Shown: positions 38,759 to 49,614 of the stretch, piece after piece
Layout of the letters: each line of letters starts with the position of its first letter
How positions within the stretch are numbered: position 1 is the first letter of the stretch
The notes under the pieces: generated by a model
What the model was told of the DNA's origin: nothing
What the model saw: the letters and a program-made list of their open reading frames with translations, nothing else
Databases searched by the model: none
Source: an uncultured bacterium
GTDB taxonomy: Bacteria; Acidobacteriota; HRBIN11; JAKEFK01
Assembly (NCBI GenBank): GCA_963777505.1
Contig: CAVZQN010000008.1
Coordinates: forward strand, 79,910 to 143,909
Reading direction: 5' to 3'
Length of the DNA: 64,000 nucleotides
Program-made: the position numbers and the translations under genes

Positions 38759-41700
38759 GTGGAAGAGTTGTATACGCATCTTCATATACACAGCGCATTT
38801 TCTTTGCTTGAAGGGGCATTCAGCATCCCACAATTGTTGTTTCGCGCCCAGGAAATGCAAATGCCTGTGGTTACTCTTACAGATACAAACGGATTGTATG
38901 GTGCTATCACCTTTTATAAATTCGCAAAACAACTTGGGATCAAACCGATTATCGGTTGTTGTTTGAAATCGGAAGATGGCTCCGCAGTTTTAATCGCAAA
39001 AAATATATTAGGCTTCTGTCAGATTTCGCAGATTGTAACAGCCCGCCACCTGGTTGAAAAATTTTCGCTTCGCAAAGATCTCCAAAAACTCGCCTATACT
39101 TCCGATCCACAGATATTTGTAATTTCATCCGATGAAACTTTGCTTCAAGCTCTGGCGGCTAATTGTTGGGATTTATCTCACTTATTTGTTGAGCTTGTTC
39201 GGGCGAACGGTAAGGCTGAAGAAAAAAAACTCCGTAGATTGTGCGACCTTGCCAGTCACTTACGGATCGGCGTTGTGGCAACAAATGATGTTCATTTTTT
39301 GCATCCACCAGACCATTTACTTCATCGCATTCTGACTGCAGTTGGCAATTTATCTCACTGGATGGACTCTTCTCTACCCATCACAACGGAAGAATGCTGG
39401 CTTAAAACACCGGATCAAATGGAATCACTGTTTTCGGATTTGCCTGAAGCTCTGCAAAATACAGTTCTAATTGCAGAACAGTGTGATCTGAATCTTGAAC
39501 TCGGCAAATATACATTCCCTGAATTTCATCCACCCGATGGAAAACCTTCATCGGAATTTTTTGAAACGTTATGCCGCAATGGATTGCGTGCACGTTACAA
39601 CAAAATTCCAGCTGAAGCAGAAGATCGTTTGCGCCGTGAATTGGAAGTTGTTCGAAGACTTGGATTCGCAGAATATTTTCTGGTTGTCTGGGACATTTTG
39701 CGATATGCGCGTGAGCAAAATATCCATTGGGTCGGACGCGGCTCCGCAGCAAACAGCATTGTTTCCTATGCGCTTGGAATTACAAATGTAGATCCGGTTC
39801 GATACAACCTGTTTTTCGAACGTTTCTTAAATCCTGAACGTAAATCTCCGCCTGATATTGATGTGGACTTCGGCTGGAAAGAACGCGATCAAATCCTGGC
39901 TTACGTTTATGAACGTTATGGGCATGATCGCGTCGCGATGATCTGTACATATGTTACGTTCAGCGCTCGCCTTGCGGTGCGTGAAATCGGTAAAGCGATG
40001 GGGTTACCTGATGAGGAAATTACAGCAGTATCTTCCAGGCTTCCTTATGGCGCCGACGCAAAAGCGTTGCTTCAAGATCCTTCGCAATTTCCAGAAGCCC
40101 GCGATTTGCCATTGGATCAAGAACCATTTCGGCAAATTCTCCGGCTTGCCGCACACATCGATGGATTTCCGCGGCATCTTTCAATTCATGCGGGAGGTAT
40201 TGTTATTGCGCCTTATCCAATTACTCAAATGGTTCCGCTTCAACGGGCAGCCAAAGGATTAGTGGTCACTCAATATGACATGTACGGAGTGGAAGATATC
40301 GGATTGGTGAAAATTGATTTGCTGGCACAACGGTCACTGTCAGTGTTCGATGATGTAATAAAAATTCTGAAATCCAGAAATGGTTCTTCAGGTGCCTTAA
40401 TTCAGAACCTTTACGATTATGACTTTCTGGAAAACGATTGCAGAGTCAAAGAATTAGTGCGGACCGGAAACACAATTGGTTGTTTCTACATCGAATCACC
40501 TGCAATGAGACAGCTTTTGCAAAAATTGCGAGTTGATAATTTCGAAGATCTGACTGCGGCAAGTTCGGTGATCCGCCCTGGAGTCGCAGAAAGCGGAATG
40601 ATGCAGCAATACATCCGCAGAAAAACTGGAGAAGAGCCTGTCTCATATCTTCATCCGAAAATGGAATCACTGTTGAGCGAAACCTGCGGAGTCATGATCT
40701 ACCAGGAAGATGTAATTCGAGTCGCTCATGAGATTGCAGGAATGAGTCTGGGTGAAGCTGATTTATTAAGACGGGCAATGAGTGGGAAAGAACGTTCACC
40801 GATAAAAATGGATGAGATGGAACGTCAGTTTTTGGAAAAAGCAACTGCGAAAAAAGTTGATCCTGATATTGCAAAAGAAATCTGGCGGCAAATTTCGAGC
40901 TTCGCAGCCTATGCATTTTGCAAAGCTCATAGCGCATCGTTTGCACAACTTTCGCTTCAGGTCACATATTTACGCGCATATTATCCAGCCGATTTCATGG
41001 CAGCCGTACTTACAAATCAAGGCGGCTTCTATACAACGATGTCTTATATCGAAGAATCACGACGCATGGGATTGCGAATTCTTCCTCCTGACGTGCAAAA
41101 AGGTGAATTCTTTTACACAGCTGAAGGACCGCATGCGATTCGGGTTGGACTCATGCAAGTAAAAGATGTAGCAGCGAAACACTGGGAAGCATTTCATGAA
41201 GAACGCGCAAAGGAACAATTCGAAAACTTTACAGATTTTCTGCTGCGTACACAATTTAATGAAGCCGAGCTGGAAAATCTAATTAAGTGCGGCGCATGCG
41301 ATTCGTTTGCATTGAACAGGCCGCAAATGTTGTGGGTCCTGAAGGCCACATTTTCTTCCATCGTTCAACAGCGAAATCGTTCAAGTCTTATCGGAGCTTC
41401 AATCATTCGTACTCCGAATGCGCCAAGATTGCGGGACTATACTGACGATCAAAAACTCAGGTGGGAGCTTCAATTGCTCGATGTGGGCGTAACAAAACAT
41501 CCATTACATTTGTTTAAACCATGGAAGCAAGTACGGAATTTTGTACCAGCAAAACATTTGAAAGATTATAAAGATGAATATGTTCAGCTGATCGGATGGC
41601 TTGTCACAACAAAACCATCCAGCACACGCAAGAATGAACGGATGCTATTTGCAACGTTTGAAGATACTGAAACTTTATTCGAAACCACTCTGTTCCCACG

Positions 41701-41812
41701 CACCTACAACAAATGCGCCCACCTGTTGGTAAACAGAGGACCGTATCTGGTACAAGGAAATGTGAATGAAGACCACGGCGTATTCAGCCTGAATGTTGAG
41801 GAGTACGACTGA
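38759..41812 (+). CDS. DNA polymerase III alpha-subunit family protein, short form (DnaE2/ImuC-like: PHP, polymerase core, OB fold, no tau-binding tail)
   Basis: GTG start, then ELYTHLHIHSAFSLLEGA (PHP motif). 1017 aa, ending just after an OB-fold-like segment. Confidence 0.6.
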   Translation: MEELYTHLHIHSAFSLLEGAFSIPQLLFRAQEMQMPVVTLTDTNGLYGAITFYKFAKQLGIKPIIGCCLKSEDGSAVLIAKNILGFCQISQIVTARHLVEKFSLRKDLQKLAYTSDPQIFVISSDETLLQALAANCWDLSHLFVELVRANGKAEEKKLRRLCDLASHLRIGVVATNDVHFLHPPDHLLHRILTAVGNLSHWMDSSLPITTEECWLKTPDQMESLFSDLPEALQNTVLIAEQCDLNLELGKYTFPEFHPPDGKPSSEFFETLCRNGLRARYNKIPAEAEDRLRRELEVVRRLGFAEYFLVVWDILRYAREQNIHWVGRGSAANSIVSYALGITNVDPVRYNLFFERFLNPERKSPPDIDVDFGWKERDQILAYVYERYGHDRVAMICTYVTFSARLAVREIGKAMGLPDEEITAVSSRLPYGADAKALLQDPSQFPEARDLPLDQEPFRQILRLAAHIDGFPRHLSIHAGGIVIAPYPITQMVPLQRAAKGLVVTQYDMYGVEDIGLVKIDLLAQRSLSVFDDVIKILKSRNGSSGALIQNLYDYDFLENDCRVKELVRTGNTIGCFYIESPAMRQLLQKLRVDNFEDLTAASSVIRPGVAESGMMQQYIRRKTGEEPVSYLHPKMESLLSETCGVMIYQEDVIRVAHEIAGMSLGEADLLRRAMSGKERSPIKMDEMERQFLEKATAKKVDPDIAKEIWRQISSFAAYAFCKAHSASFAQLSLQVTYLRAYYPADFMAAVLTNQGGFYTTMSYIEESRRMGLRILPPDVQKGEFFYTAEGPHAIRVGLMQVKDVAAKHWEAFHEERAKEQFENFTDFLLRTQFNEAELENLIKCGACDSFALNRPQMLWVLKATFSSIVQQRNRSSLIGASIIRTPNAPRLRDYTDDQKLRWELQLLDVGVTKHPLHLFKPWKQVRNFVPAKHLKDYKDEYVQLIGWLVTTKPSSTRKNERMLFATFEDTETLFETTLFPRTYNKCAHLLVNRGPYLVQGNVNEDHGVFSLNVEEYD

Positions 41813-41956
41813 ATCTGAACGATCAAAGAGGAAACAGAAAGTGAAATCAAAAGCTCACAGAACGAAGGATTAGATCTTAGAAAAAGAACAAAGGATTTTG
41901 CGTTAAGAATCATCCGCCTATACAAAGCACTTCCCAAGACAAATGAAGCTCGAATT

Positions 41957-42226
41957 TTGGGCTATCAGGTGCTCAGAAGCGGAACTTCCATTGGCGCCAA
42001 CTTTCGAGAAGGGGTTCGAGCGCGTTCCTCAGCAGAATTTGTGAGCAAGATGGAAACTGCATTGCAGGAGTTGGAAGAAACAATGTATTGGTTAGAGTTA
42101 TTGCAAGAAATTGGTGCTATTCAAGCATATCGATTGGAAAAACTCATAAAAGAAGCAGATGAACTAACAGCTATTCTTGTAACTTCCGTAAAAACAGTAA
42201 AACGCCGCCACTTGAACGTCAAATAG
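41957..42226 (+). CDS. four-helix-bundle protein (TIGR02436-like); true start probably upstream
   Basis: GYQVLRSGTSIGANFREG is the family signature. Homology continues in-frame upstream to 41819 (DFALRIIRLYKALPKTNEAR) with no ATG/GTG/TTG. Confidence 0.55.
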   Translation: MGYQVLRSGTSIGANFREGVRARSSAEFVSKMETALQELEETMYWLELLQEIGAIQAYRLEKLIKEADELTAILVTSVKTVKRRHLNVK

Positions 42227-42251
42227 ATCTGTCTTCAAAAGATCCTTTCCT

Positions 42252-42276
42252 CTTTCATCGTTCATCTTTCATCGTT
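42252..42276. repeat. 25-nt exact repeat CTTTCATCGTTCATCTTTCATCGTT (copy 2)
   Basis: Identical to 9603-9627. Confidence 0.6.
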
Positions 42277-42280
42277 AAAC

Positions 42281-42310
42281 AAAAAAGCCCTGGAATGAAC
42301 CAGGGCTTTA
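42281..42310. terminator. bidirectional rho-independent terminator AAAAAAGCCCTGG-aatgaa-CCAGGGCTTT
   Basis: Perfect 7-bp GC stem with an A-run upstream and a T-run downstream. Confidence 0.7.
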
Positions 42311-42381
42311 AAAGTTTCCCAGCATCTCCATGAGCCACAGGCTAAATAAGGAGGAACCGGCAGCTCAAAAGGAGTAAATAT

Positions 42382-42445
42382 CTATTTCTTCTTTGCCGGT
42401 GATTTTTTCTTGGCTGCCTTTTTTCCTTTCTTTTTTGCCATTCAT
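42382..42445 (-). other. candidate Lys-rich small ORF with strong SD (MAKKKGKKAAKKKSPAKKK from 42441, or MNGKKERKKGSQEKITGKEEIDIYSF from 42445 in another frame)
   Basis: Minus strand AAGGAGGAAATGAATGGC: GGAGG is 6 nt before the second ATG. Both frames are Lys-rich because the strand is A-rich. Confidence 0.2.
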
Positions 42446-42522
42446 TTCCTCCTTTGGCTTTTCCCTGATCCACAAAAGATCGGGAAAGTTAAAATTAGTT
42501 ACACTATATATAGTATAAAAGG

Positions 42523-43266
42523 GTGACTCAGGTCAATACTGTGAATGAAGAAAAATATTCGGTTGATAGTATTTGGGATCCAACGATCAAAATTCAGCAA
42601 TCGCGAAAAGGGTATCGTTTCGCGATTGATTCAGTTTTGCTTGCGCATTTTCTTCGATTAAATTCTGATGAAGAAGCGTTAGAAATCGGTTGTGGAAACG
42701 GAATTATTCTTGTTCTGCTTTCGCATTTGCAGAAATATAAACGACTGATTGGTGTGGAAATTCAAAATGAATTAGCCGAGCTTGCCCGCTTGAATATAAA
42801 AAACAATCACGCGGAAAAAGTGGAAATTATCGAGGCTGATGCTCTTGAACTTTCAGAAAGACTTCAGAAGAATTCATTCCATCTACTTTATTCAAACCCT
42901 CCCTATCGAAAAGTCGGAACAGGCAGACTCAATCCATCAACAGAAAAAGCCCTCGCGCGTCATGAAGTGCGATTCAAGCTAAAAGATCTACTGAATCTTG
43001 CGGAAGAATTTCTAATCGATCGCGGCCGGCTTAGTGTAATTCTTCCTTCGTTTCGTGAAGAAGATTGGATGAAGTTACTGGGAGCGACTCAATATTTCGT
43101 TCAAACCCGGCAATATGTATATTCATTTCCCAATGCTCCGCCTGCCTTTATTTTGCTAACTGTTGCCAAACACGAATCGACAATCGACGAAAAGCACCCA
43201 CTAACAATCTATACACAACCTGGAAAATACACACACGAAATGGCTGCATTGCTCACAAAGCAGTAA
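42523..43266 (+). CDS. N6-adenine methyltransferase, tRNA1(Val) m6A37 methyltransferase-like (YfiC/TrmN6 family)
   Basis: GTG start. NPPY motif (YSNPPYRKVG) and SAM motif I (LEIGCGNGII). Confidence 0.65.
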   Translation: MTQVNTVNEEKYSVDSIWDPTIKIQQSRKGYRFAIDSVLLAHFLRLNSDEEALEIGCGNGIILVLLSHLQKYKRLIGVEIQNELAELARLNIKNNHAEKVEIIEADALELSERLQKNSFHLLYSNPPYRKVGTGRLNPSTEKALARHEVRFKLKDLLNLAEEFLIDRGRLSVILPSFREEDWMKLLGATQYFVQTRQYVYSFPNAPPAFILLTVAKHESTIDEKHPLTIYTQPGKYTHEMAALLTKQ

Positions 43267-43312
43267 CCGAGAGCTTTCAAACCAACCCCCTTCGTGGTAT
43301 ATAACATGGCTC

Positions 43313-44125
43313 ATGTTTCAGAGTCTACGAAATCTATATCGGTACCGGACACTCGTTCACAGTATGGTTGTCCGAGAACTAAAAGCGCGTTATCGCGGAT
43401 CAATACTCGGCTTCTTCTGGTCTTTCATCAATCCGCTTTTGCTTCTGATGGTTTATACAATTGTGTTCAATTACATTCTTCCAAACCGTGGAGTTGAACT
43501 TCAACCTTATGCCTTGTTTTTGTTTTGCGGATTATTGCCGTGGACATGGTTTTCATCTGCCTTGCTCGAAGCCTCTAATGTCATTATTGCAGGCGGAACT
43601 TTAATTAAGAAGATTATCTTTCCTGCAGAAGTCCTCCCATTTGTTTCCGTAATTGCAAACATGATCCACTTTCTTTTGGGAACACCGATTCTTTTTGCAT
43701 TCATCTTGATCTATAAAGTCCCATTAAGCTGGAATGCACTTTTCTTTCCTTTAATTATTTTTATTCAACTGATACTCACGCTTGGATTTTCACTTTGGAT
43801 TTCATCCTTAAGCGTGCATTTTCGTGATTTGCGTGACATTCTAGCAAACTTACTAACGCTCTGGTTTTTTTGCACGCCAGTTATTTATCCTTTTAATCTC
43901 TCGTTGATTCAGGATTCCCAACATTTGATCGCGCGTATTTTTAAACACGTACTCTATTTGAACCCTGTTTCTTATTTAATGGATGCGTATCATCAATCTC
44001 TTTTTCACGGACATTTACCTGATTTTCGTCGTCTGGGAATCGTTTTTTTGGTGAGTATTGCGGTCTTTCTCTCTGGCTATTTTGTTTTCGATAGATTGCG
44101 TGACACCTTTGCTGAGGAAGTTTAA
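43313..44125 (+). CDS. wzm: ABC-2 type polysaccharide/O-antigen export permease (Wzm/TagG-like)
   Basis: N-terminus RELKARYRGSILGFFWSFINPLL and six TM segments. Confidence 0.75.
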   Translation: MFQSLRNLYRYRTLVHSMVVRELKARYRGSILGFFWSFINPLLLLMVYTIVFNYILPNRGVELQPYALFLFCGLLPWTWFSSALLEASNVIIAGGTLIKKIIFPAEVLPFVSVIANMIHFLLGTPILFAFILIYKVPLSWNALFFPLIIFIQLILTLGFSLWISSLSVHFRDLRDILANLLTLWFFCTPVIYPFNLSLIQDSQHLIARIFKHVLYLNPVSYLMDAYHQSLFHGHLPDFRRLGIVFLVSIAVFLSGYFVFDRLRDTFAEEV

Positions 44126-44128
44126 GAC

Positions 44129-45418
44129 ATGAATGCTGTTGAAGTTGAAAATGTCTCGAAGTTCTACAAGCGGTCCGCACACAAGAGACAATTTCAAACG
44201 CTGAAAAGCGCAATGCTGGGTGGGAATTTATTTGAGACTCTTACTCCGAAGGAAGCATATGCAGCGCTGAAAAACGTCAATTGTTCGATTCCCAAAGGCT
44301 CGATGTTTGGGATCATTGGCAGCAACGGTTCTGGTAAAAGCACATTACTGAAACTAATTGCAGGAATTTCAAAACCAACATTCGGAAAGATTACAAGCCA
44401 TGGAAAAATTTCAGCATTAATCGAACTGGGTGCAGGATTCCATCCGGAAATCAGTGGCGGGGAAAACATCTTTATTAATGGAATTATGTTGGGACTTTCA
44501 CGCAAATCGATCACGGAAAGATATGACGACATTGTGAAGTTTGCTGAGCTTGAAGAATTTATTGATCAGCCGGTAAAAACATATTCGTCCGGAATGTTCA
44601 TGAGGTTAGGGTTCGCGGTCGCGGTGAATGTTGATCCCGATATTCTTCTGATCGATGAAGTACTCGCTGTTGGTGACGAAGCGTTTGCTCACAAATGTTT
44701 GGACAAGATTCTGGATTTCAAAAAACGGAACAAAACAATGATTCTTGTCACTCATTCCATGGCAATGATTGAACTTCTGTGTGATTCGGCAATGTGGCTG
44801 AAAAAAGGGGAAATGATGAAGATCGGGGACCCGCGAATGGTCTGCGGTGCTTACTTGATGGATGTTGAAGGAAAAGAGGAAAAGGATTTGCAGGCACAAC
44901 ATCAGCAGCTCACTGAAACACTGGCAGCCACAGTTCAAGATCAAGAGGATGGTGTTCGCGAATCACGATGGGGTGGAGGGGAAATTCAAATTACAAAAGT
45001 GCAGTTATTAGATTCCCAGGATCAGGAAAAGCATGTATACGCTACGGGTGAACCGATGCAAATCAAGCTGTTCTTATCTGCGAAGACGGCGGTAGATGAT
45101 TTCGTTTTCGGTATTGGAATTTTCAATGGCGAAGGTGTTTGCTGCTACGGAACTAATACTCACATTGAAGAATATGAACCGGTTGAATTGCGTGGTTCAG
45201 CCGAGGTCACTTTTCATATTGATCAGCTCAATTTAGTTGAAGGAACTTATTATTTAGACGTTGCGGCTCATCGCCGTGATGAATACCCTTATGACTACCA
45301 CCGTCATCTGTATACTTTCAAAGTACGATCCCGCCAAAAAGATGTTGGAGTTTTCCGGCCAAATCATAGCTGGCAATTCTCCCCCAACATCAAGTTCAAG
45401 ACCCGTAATACTCAATAG
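44129..45418 (+). CDS. wzt: polysaccharide ABC exporter ATP-binding protein (Wzt/TagH-like) with C-terminal substrate-binding beta-sandwich domain
   Basis: Walker A GSNGSGKST and Walker B ILLIDEV, plus a ~170-aa C-terminal extension. Confidence 0.75.
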   Translation: MNAVEVENVSKFYKRSAHKRQFQTLKSAMLGGNLFETLTPKEAYAALKNVNCSIPKGSMFGIIGSNGSGKSTLLKLIAGISKPTFGKITSHGKISALIELGAGFHPEISGGENIFINGIMLGLSRKSITERYDDIVKFAELEEFIDQPVKTYSSGMFMRLGFAVAVNVDPDILLIDEVLAVGDEAFAHKCLDKILDFKKRNKTMILVTHSMAMIELLCDSAMWLKKGEMMKIGDPRMVCGAYLMDVEGKEEKDLQAQHQQLTETLAATVQDQEDGVRESRWGGGEIQITKVQLLDSQDQEKHVYATGEPMQIKLFLSAKTAVDDFVFGIGIFNGEGVCCYGTNTHIEEYEPVELRGSAEVTFHIDQLNLVEGTYYLDVAAHRRDEYPYDYHRHLYTFKVRSRQKDVGVFRPNHSWQFSPNIKFKTRNTQ

Positions 45419-45423
45419 CACCG

Positions 45424-45519
45424 GATGCTAGATGCTGGATGGTAAGCACGTGCCAAGGAACTAATCAAGACTCAAGAATGTGAATCGTGCCGAGCATCAA
45501 GCATCCAGCATGAAGCATC
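45424..45519. repeat. inverted arrays of heptamer repeats (GATGCTN x2.5 ... NAGCATC x4) flanking a 50-nt spacer
   Basis: GATGCTAGATGCTGGATGG at 45424-45442. AGCATCAAGCATCCAGCATGAAGCATC at 45493-45519. The arms are reverse-complementary. Confidence 0.5.
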
Positions 45520-45574
45520 GAGTTGAACCTATGGCCTCTCATCCTTAAACTTAATCTGGAGCGTTCCTCCATTT

Positions 45575-46048
45575 ATGCAATCGAAAATCGTCCACCCGGC
45601 ATATTTGCCTGTTTTGTGTGAGGAGTTACGGCGGAATGAAAGCCGTATTGTGTTTACAAATGGAGTGTTTGATTTGCTTCACCCAGGGCATATTCAATAT
45701 TTAGCTGAAGCATCAAAGCTTGGAACGCATCTCATCGTTGCGTTGAATACCGATGAGTCTGTGCAAAGGATAAAAGGTTCTTCGCGGCCGATTGTGAAGC
45801 TTGAAGATCGATTAGAAATTATGGCTTCTCTGGAGTTTGTTCACTTTGTTACATGGTTTTCGGAGGATACTCCCGCAGAAATAATTCGGATGGTTCGTCC
45901 GGACGTCTTAGTTAAAGGCGGCGATTGGCAGCTTGAAGCCATCGTTGGCCGAGACACAGTAGAAAGCTATGGCGGACGCGTTCTATCGATTCCGATGGTG
46001 CCTGGTTACAGCACGACATCAATATTACGAAAGATTGCAGATTTATGA
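45575..46048 (+). CDS. rfaE: D-glycero-beta-D-manno-heptose 1-phosphate adenylyltransferase (RfaE domain II / HldE C-domain-like cytidylyltransferase)
   Basis: FTNGVFDLLHPGHIQYL (HxGH nucleotidyltransferase motif). 157 aa. Confidence 0.75.
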   Translation: MQSKIVHPAYLPVLCEELRRNESRIVFTNGVFDLLHPGHIQYLAEASKLGTHLIVALNTDESVQRIKGSSRPIVKLEDRLEIMASLEFVHFVTWFSEDTPAEIIRMVRPDVLVKGGDWQLEAIVGRDTVESYGGRVLSIPMVPGYSTTSILRKIADL

Positions 46049-49000
46049 TTTTTGATCTCATTACAAAATGTTTTCCAAAGCAAGACCTTGACGGCGTACT
46101 GTCAGCTTTAGCTGATGATCAAATCGTTACGGTATCAGGACTGAAAGCAAGTTCAAAAGCTTTCTACCTAACACTGTTGCGGCCGGAAATCCGCATGCCA
46201 ATCGTGGTCTTTACACCGGATGTGGCTCGTGCTGAAGCCCTTCATCAAGATCTTTTGTTTTTGGATCGTTGTTATTTTCCTGAAAAAAGTTCGGCTGAAT
46301 CGCGGATTCTATATTTTCCAACTGCAGATTCTGAACCTTATCAAGCTGTAAGCCCGCATCCTCAGATCAGTCTGCTTCGCATGCAAGCACTGTGGCATCT
46401 AGCGGAAGGCAACGCAGAATTTCTGATCGTTCCCATTCAAGCAGCGGTACGAATGATGCCCGCTCCTGAACATTTAAAACGTTGCATTTATCACATTGAT
46501 AAAAGCTACTCTGAAGGACCATTTGCGATCGCAGAATTGCTGCGTAAATATGGTTTTACAGAAAAAGATCTGGTTACATCTCGTGGAGAATTTTCGATGC
46601 GAGGTTCAATCCTGGATCTATTCTCCCCGGCTGAAGAATCTGCGGTACGAATCGAGTTTTTTGGAAATCGTGTCGAGTCGATGCGCACTTTTGATACCGC
46701 TTCTCAGCGTTCGATAGGAGAAATCGAGAATTTTACACTTCTTTCTCTTCGCGAATTGATTTTAACTAAAGATGAAATTGAAACCTGGGGTGAATTCTGC
46801 AGAACCCGATGGATGGATTTTTACTATCACGAAGAACTGGCTGATAAAACGGAACAGCTTTTACAAACCGGAAAATTTGAAGGTTATGAAGATTTTGTAA
46901 CAGCCTTTTTCCGGGATAAAGCTTCTCTGCTTGATTACTTACCTGGCGAGTATTGTTTAACTCTCGAAGAGCCTATTCAGATTGAACAAAAACAAGCTGA
47001 TTTTTTTGAGTTATATCGAAAGCGATATGAACAAGTCCATGAACAACGACATGTAGCTCTCGAACCTGAAGAAATGTTTTTCGAATGGGAGGAGCTTCAG
47101 AATCGTGCAAAAGCATCGCGCATGGAGTTCAGCGAATTGCTCACTGAACGACCGGCTGATCGAAAAATTTTTGAATATTCATTTCAAACCGCACGACAAT
47201 ATAACGGACAGGTCCAGGAAATCGTTCAGGATACACTTAGGCTTCGTGAATCCGGCATAACATCAATTTACATTTTCCCAACTCTTGGCAAAGCGGAACG
47301 CCTTACGGAAATTCTTCGCGAATATGATGTGCCCGTGGGCTTCTATCAAAATCCCCAGGAACATAAATCGGATGAAGCGTCTATCGGCGCTACTCTGATT
47401 TGTATCGGACAGTTAACTCACGGCTTCAAGAATTATGAATCCCAGATTGCGCTATTCACTGAAGATGATTTATTTGGAGAATCGCGGCCTGCAATACAAA
47501 CACGTGAACGAAAAGCTGCAGGAAAATTCCTGTCCGATCTGCGAGATCTGAAGATTGAAGATTACGTTGTGCATGTTGATCACGGTATCGGACAATTCAC
47601 CGGCCTGAGCACAATGCTTACAGAAAGCGGTGAAAAGGAATTTTTGCTTTTACGTTTTGCCGATGATGACAAGCTTTACGTACCCGTTGAACGTCTCGAT
47701 CTCGTTCAGAAATATATGGGTGCGTCGGATGCAAGTCCAAGATTGGACAAGCTTGGTACGATGGTTTGGCAAAAAGCAAAATCCCGCGCCAAAGCATCCA
47801 TGAAGGATATGGCGGAAAAGCTTTTGCAATTGTACGCCTATCGCAAAACGGTCAAAGGTTATCAGTTCCCATCCGATGATGCATTTCAGCGCGAGTTTGA
47901 AGATGCATTCGAATTTATCGAGACCGCGCATCAGCTCAGTGCAATCGATGATGTGAAACTGGATATGGAATCGGATAAGCCGATGGACCGCCTCATCTGC
48001 GGCGATGTAGGTTATGGAAAAACCGAAGTTGGAATGCGTGCGGCTTTCAAAGCTGTAACAAATGGCAAACAGGTTGCTGTATTAGCGCCCACAACAATTC
48101 TTGCATTTCAGCACTATCACACATTCCGGAAGCGATTTGAAATGTTTCCTGTACGGATTGAAATGGTAAGCCGATTTAGATCACGCGCAGAAATTAAGAA
48201 GATTCTTCAGGATACCTTCGAAAAGAAAGTTGATATTCTGATCGGAACTCACCGGCTTCTTTCAAAGGATGTTCAATTTAGTGATCTCGGTCTTCTCATC
48301 ATTGATGAAGAGCAGCGTTTTGGTGTTACGCATAAAGAAAAGATCAAGGAAATGAAAAAGAATGTTGATGCGCTTACGTTGACAGCGACTCCCATTCCCA
48401 GAACACTTCAGATGGCTTTAATGGGATTTCGTCCAATGAGCGTGATTGAAACACCACCAAAAGATCGTCTGGCAATTCAGACAAACATCGCCAAATACAG
48501 TGAAGATACGATTGGCGCTGCAATCCGCGCGGAACTGAAACGCGGCGGCCAAACTTACCTTGTTCACAATCGAGTTGAAACGATTCACTCGGTCGCAGCT
48601 ATGGTTCAACGTCTCGTTCCTGAGGCTCGTGTAGCTGTTGCTCACGGACAAATGGAAGAAGCGGGGCTTGAAAAAGTGATGATGCAGTTCATTAATCATG
48701 ATTACGATGTGCTTGTCTCAACAACAATCATTGAGAATGGAATTGATATTCCGCTTGTCAATACTCTGATTGTGAATCGTGCCGATAGATTCGGCCTTTC
48801 GCAGCTTTATCAGTTGCGGGGACGTGTTGGAAGGTCTCATCGCAGAGCGTATGCGTACTTCCTGATTCCTTCTGAAAAGGAATTGACTCCGATAGCACGA
48901 AGACGTCTATCGGCATTGCGTGAATTTACTGAACTCGGATCTGGATTCCGTTTAGCTGCACTTGATCTTGAAATCCGTGGCGCTGGCAACCTGTTAGGAA

Positions 49001-49614
49001 GCGAACAACATGGCCACATTGCCGCTCTTGGTTTCGAACTTTATGTCAGAATGCTCGAACAAACCGTAAAAGAACTTCAAGGCGAAGAAGTCGTTTCTGA
49101 CTTTGCAACTGAACTCAATTTGCACATCGATATCAGAATTCCGGAATCGTATATTCCGAATATGAATCAAAGGCTGAATCTTTATAAACGGATCGCCAGT
49201 GTTCATTCGGAAGATAATCTCGAAATAATTCGTGATGAAATGACAGACCGGTTCGGCCCGGTACCTGCAGCAGTAGAAAATTTAATCGAATATGGCCGCA
49301 TTAAAGCATCGGCTGAAAAACTTCGGATTAAATCAATTGATCGATCGGACGGAAATCTATTCTTGCAGTTCACTTCTGACGCTCCATTTCATCCTGAAAC
49401 GATTTTGAATTTCGTCCGCAAACACAAAGGATCTACATTTTCTCCTGCAGGCGTATTGAAATATCCAGGTGAACAATTATATAAACCTGAATCAATATTC
49501 TCTTCTTTGCGAGAGCTGCTCAAAGAATTATCGGCCGGCCAAAATCAAGTTTTCGAGAGTCCTACTTATGATAAAATGCCAAAGTCCCCAAACGGAGTTA
49601 AACAGCATGCGTAA
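46045..49614 (+). CDS. mfd: transcription-repair coupling factor Mfd
   Basis: 1189 aa. Superfamily 2 helicase motifs ([18 protein letters not shown]) and a TRCF C-terminal domain. Confidence 0.9.
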   Translation: MIFDLITKCFPKQDLDGVLSALADDQIVTVSGLKASSKAFYLTLLRPEIRMPIVVFTPDVARAEALHQDLLFLDRCYFPEKSSAESRILYFPTADSEPYQAVSPHPQISLLRMQALWHLAEGNAEFLIVPIQAAVRMMPAPEHLKRCIYHIDKSYSEGPFAIAELLRKYGFTEKDLVTSRGEFSMRGSILDLFSPAEESAVRIEFFGNRVESMRTFDTASQRSIGEIENFTLLSLRELILTKDEIETWGEFCRTRWMDFYYHEELADKTEQLLQTGKFEGYEDFVTAFFRDKASLLDYLPGEYCLTLEEPIQIEQKQADFFELYRKRYEQVHEQRHVALEPEEMFFEWEELQNRAKASRMEFSELLTERPADRKIFEYSFQTARQYNGQVQEIVQDTLRLRESGITSIYIFPTLGKAERLTEILREYDVPVGFYQNPQEHKSDEASIGATLICIGQLTHGFKNYESQIALFTEDDLFGESRPAIQTRERKAAGKFLSDLRDLKIEDYVVHVDHGIGQFTGLSTMLTESGEKEFLLLRFADDDKLYVPVERLDLVQKYMGASDASPRLDKLGTMVWQKAKSRAKASMKDMAEKLLQLYAYRKTVKGYQFPSDDAFQREFEDAFEFIETAHQLSAIDDVKLDMESDKPMDRLICGDVGYGKTEVGMRAAFKAVTNGKQVAVLAPTTILAFQHYHTFRKRFEMFPVRIEMVSRFRSRAEIKKILQDTFEKKVDILIGTHRLLSKDVQFSDLGLLIIDEEQRFGVTHKEKIKEMKKNVDALTLTATPIPRTLQMALMGFRPMSVIETPPKDRLAIQTNIAKYSEDTIGAAIRAELKRGGQTYLVHNRVETIHSVAAMVQRLVPEARVAVAHGQMEEAGLEKVMMQFINHDYDVLVSTTIIENGIDIPLVNTLIVNRADRFGLSQLYQLRGRVGRSHRRAYAYFLIPSEKELTPIARRRLSALREFTELGSGFRLAALDLEIRGAGNLLGSEQHGHIAALGFELYVRMLEQTVKELQGEEVVSDFATELNLHIDIRIPESYIPNMNQRLNLYKRIASVHSEDNLEIIRDEMTDRFGPVPAAVENLIEYGRIKASAEKLRIKSIDRSDGNLFLQFTSDAPFHPETILNFVRKHKGSTFSPAGVLKYPGEQLYKPESIFSSLRELLKELSAGQNQVFESPTYDKMPKSPNGVKQHA

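Noticed and set aside
38560-38966. ORF 38649..38966 and the extension 38560..38643 in the divergent region upstream of dnaE2
   Set aside because: No homology or RBS. They overlap the DnaE2-like start and the promoter region. The strong AGGAGGAAG-ATG at 38559 defines the real start of the minus-strand gene.
43294-43497. 67-aa ORF overlapping the wzm start in another frame
   Set aside because: The Wzm N-terminus (MFQSLRNLYRYRTLV...RELKARYRGS) is conserved in the alternative frame. This ORF is low-complexity.
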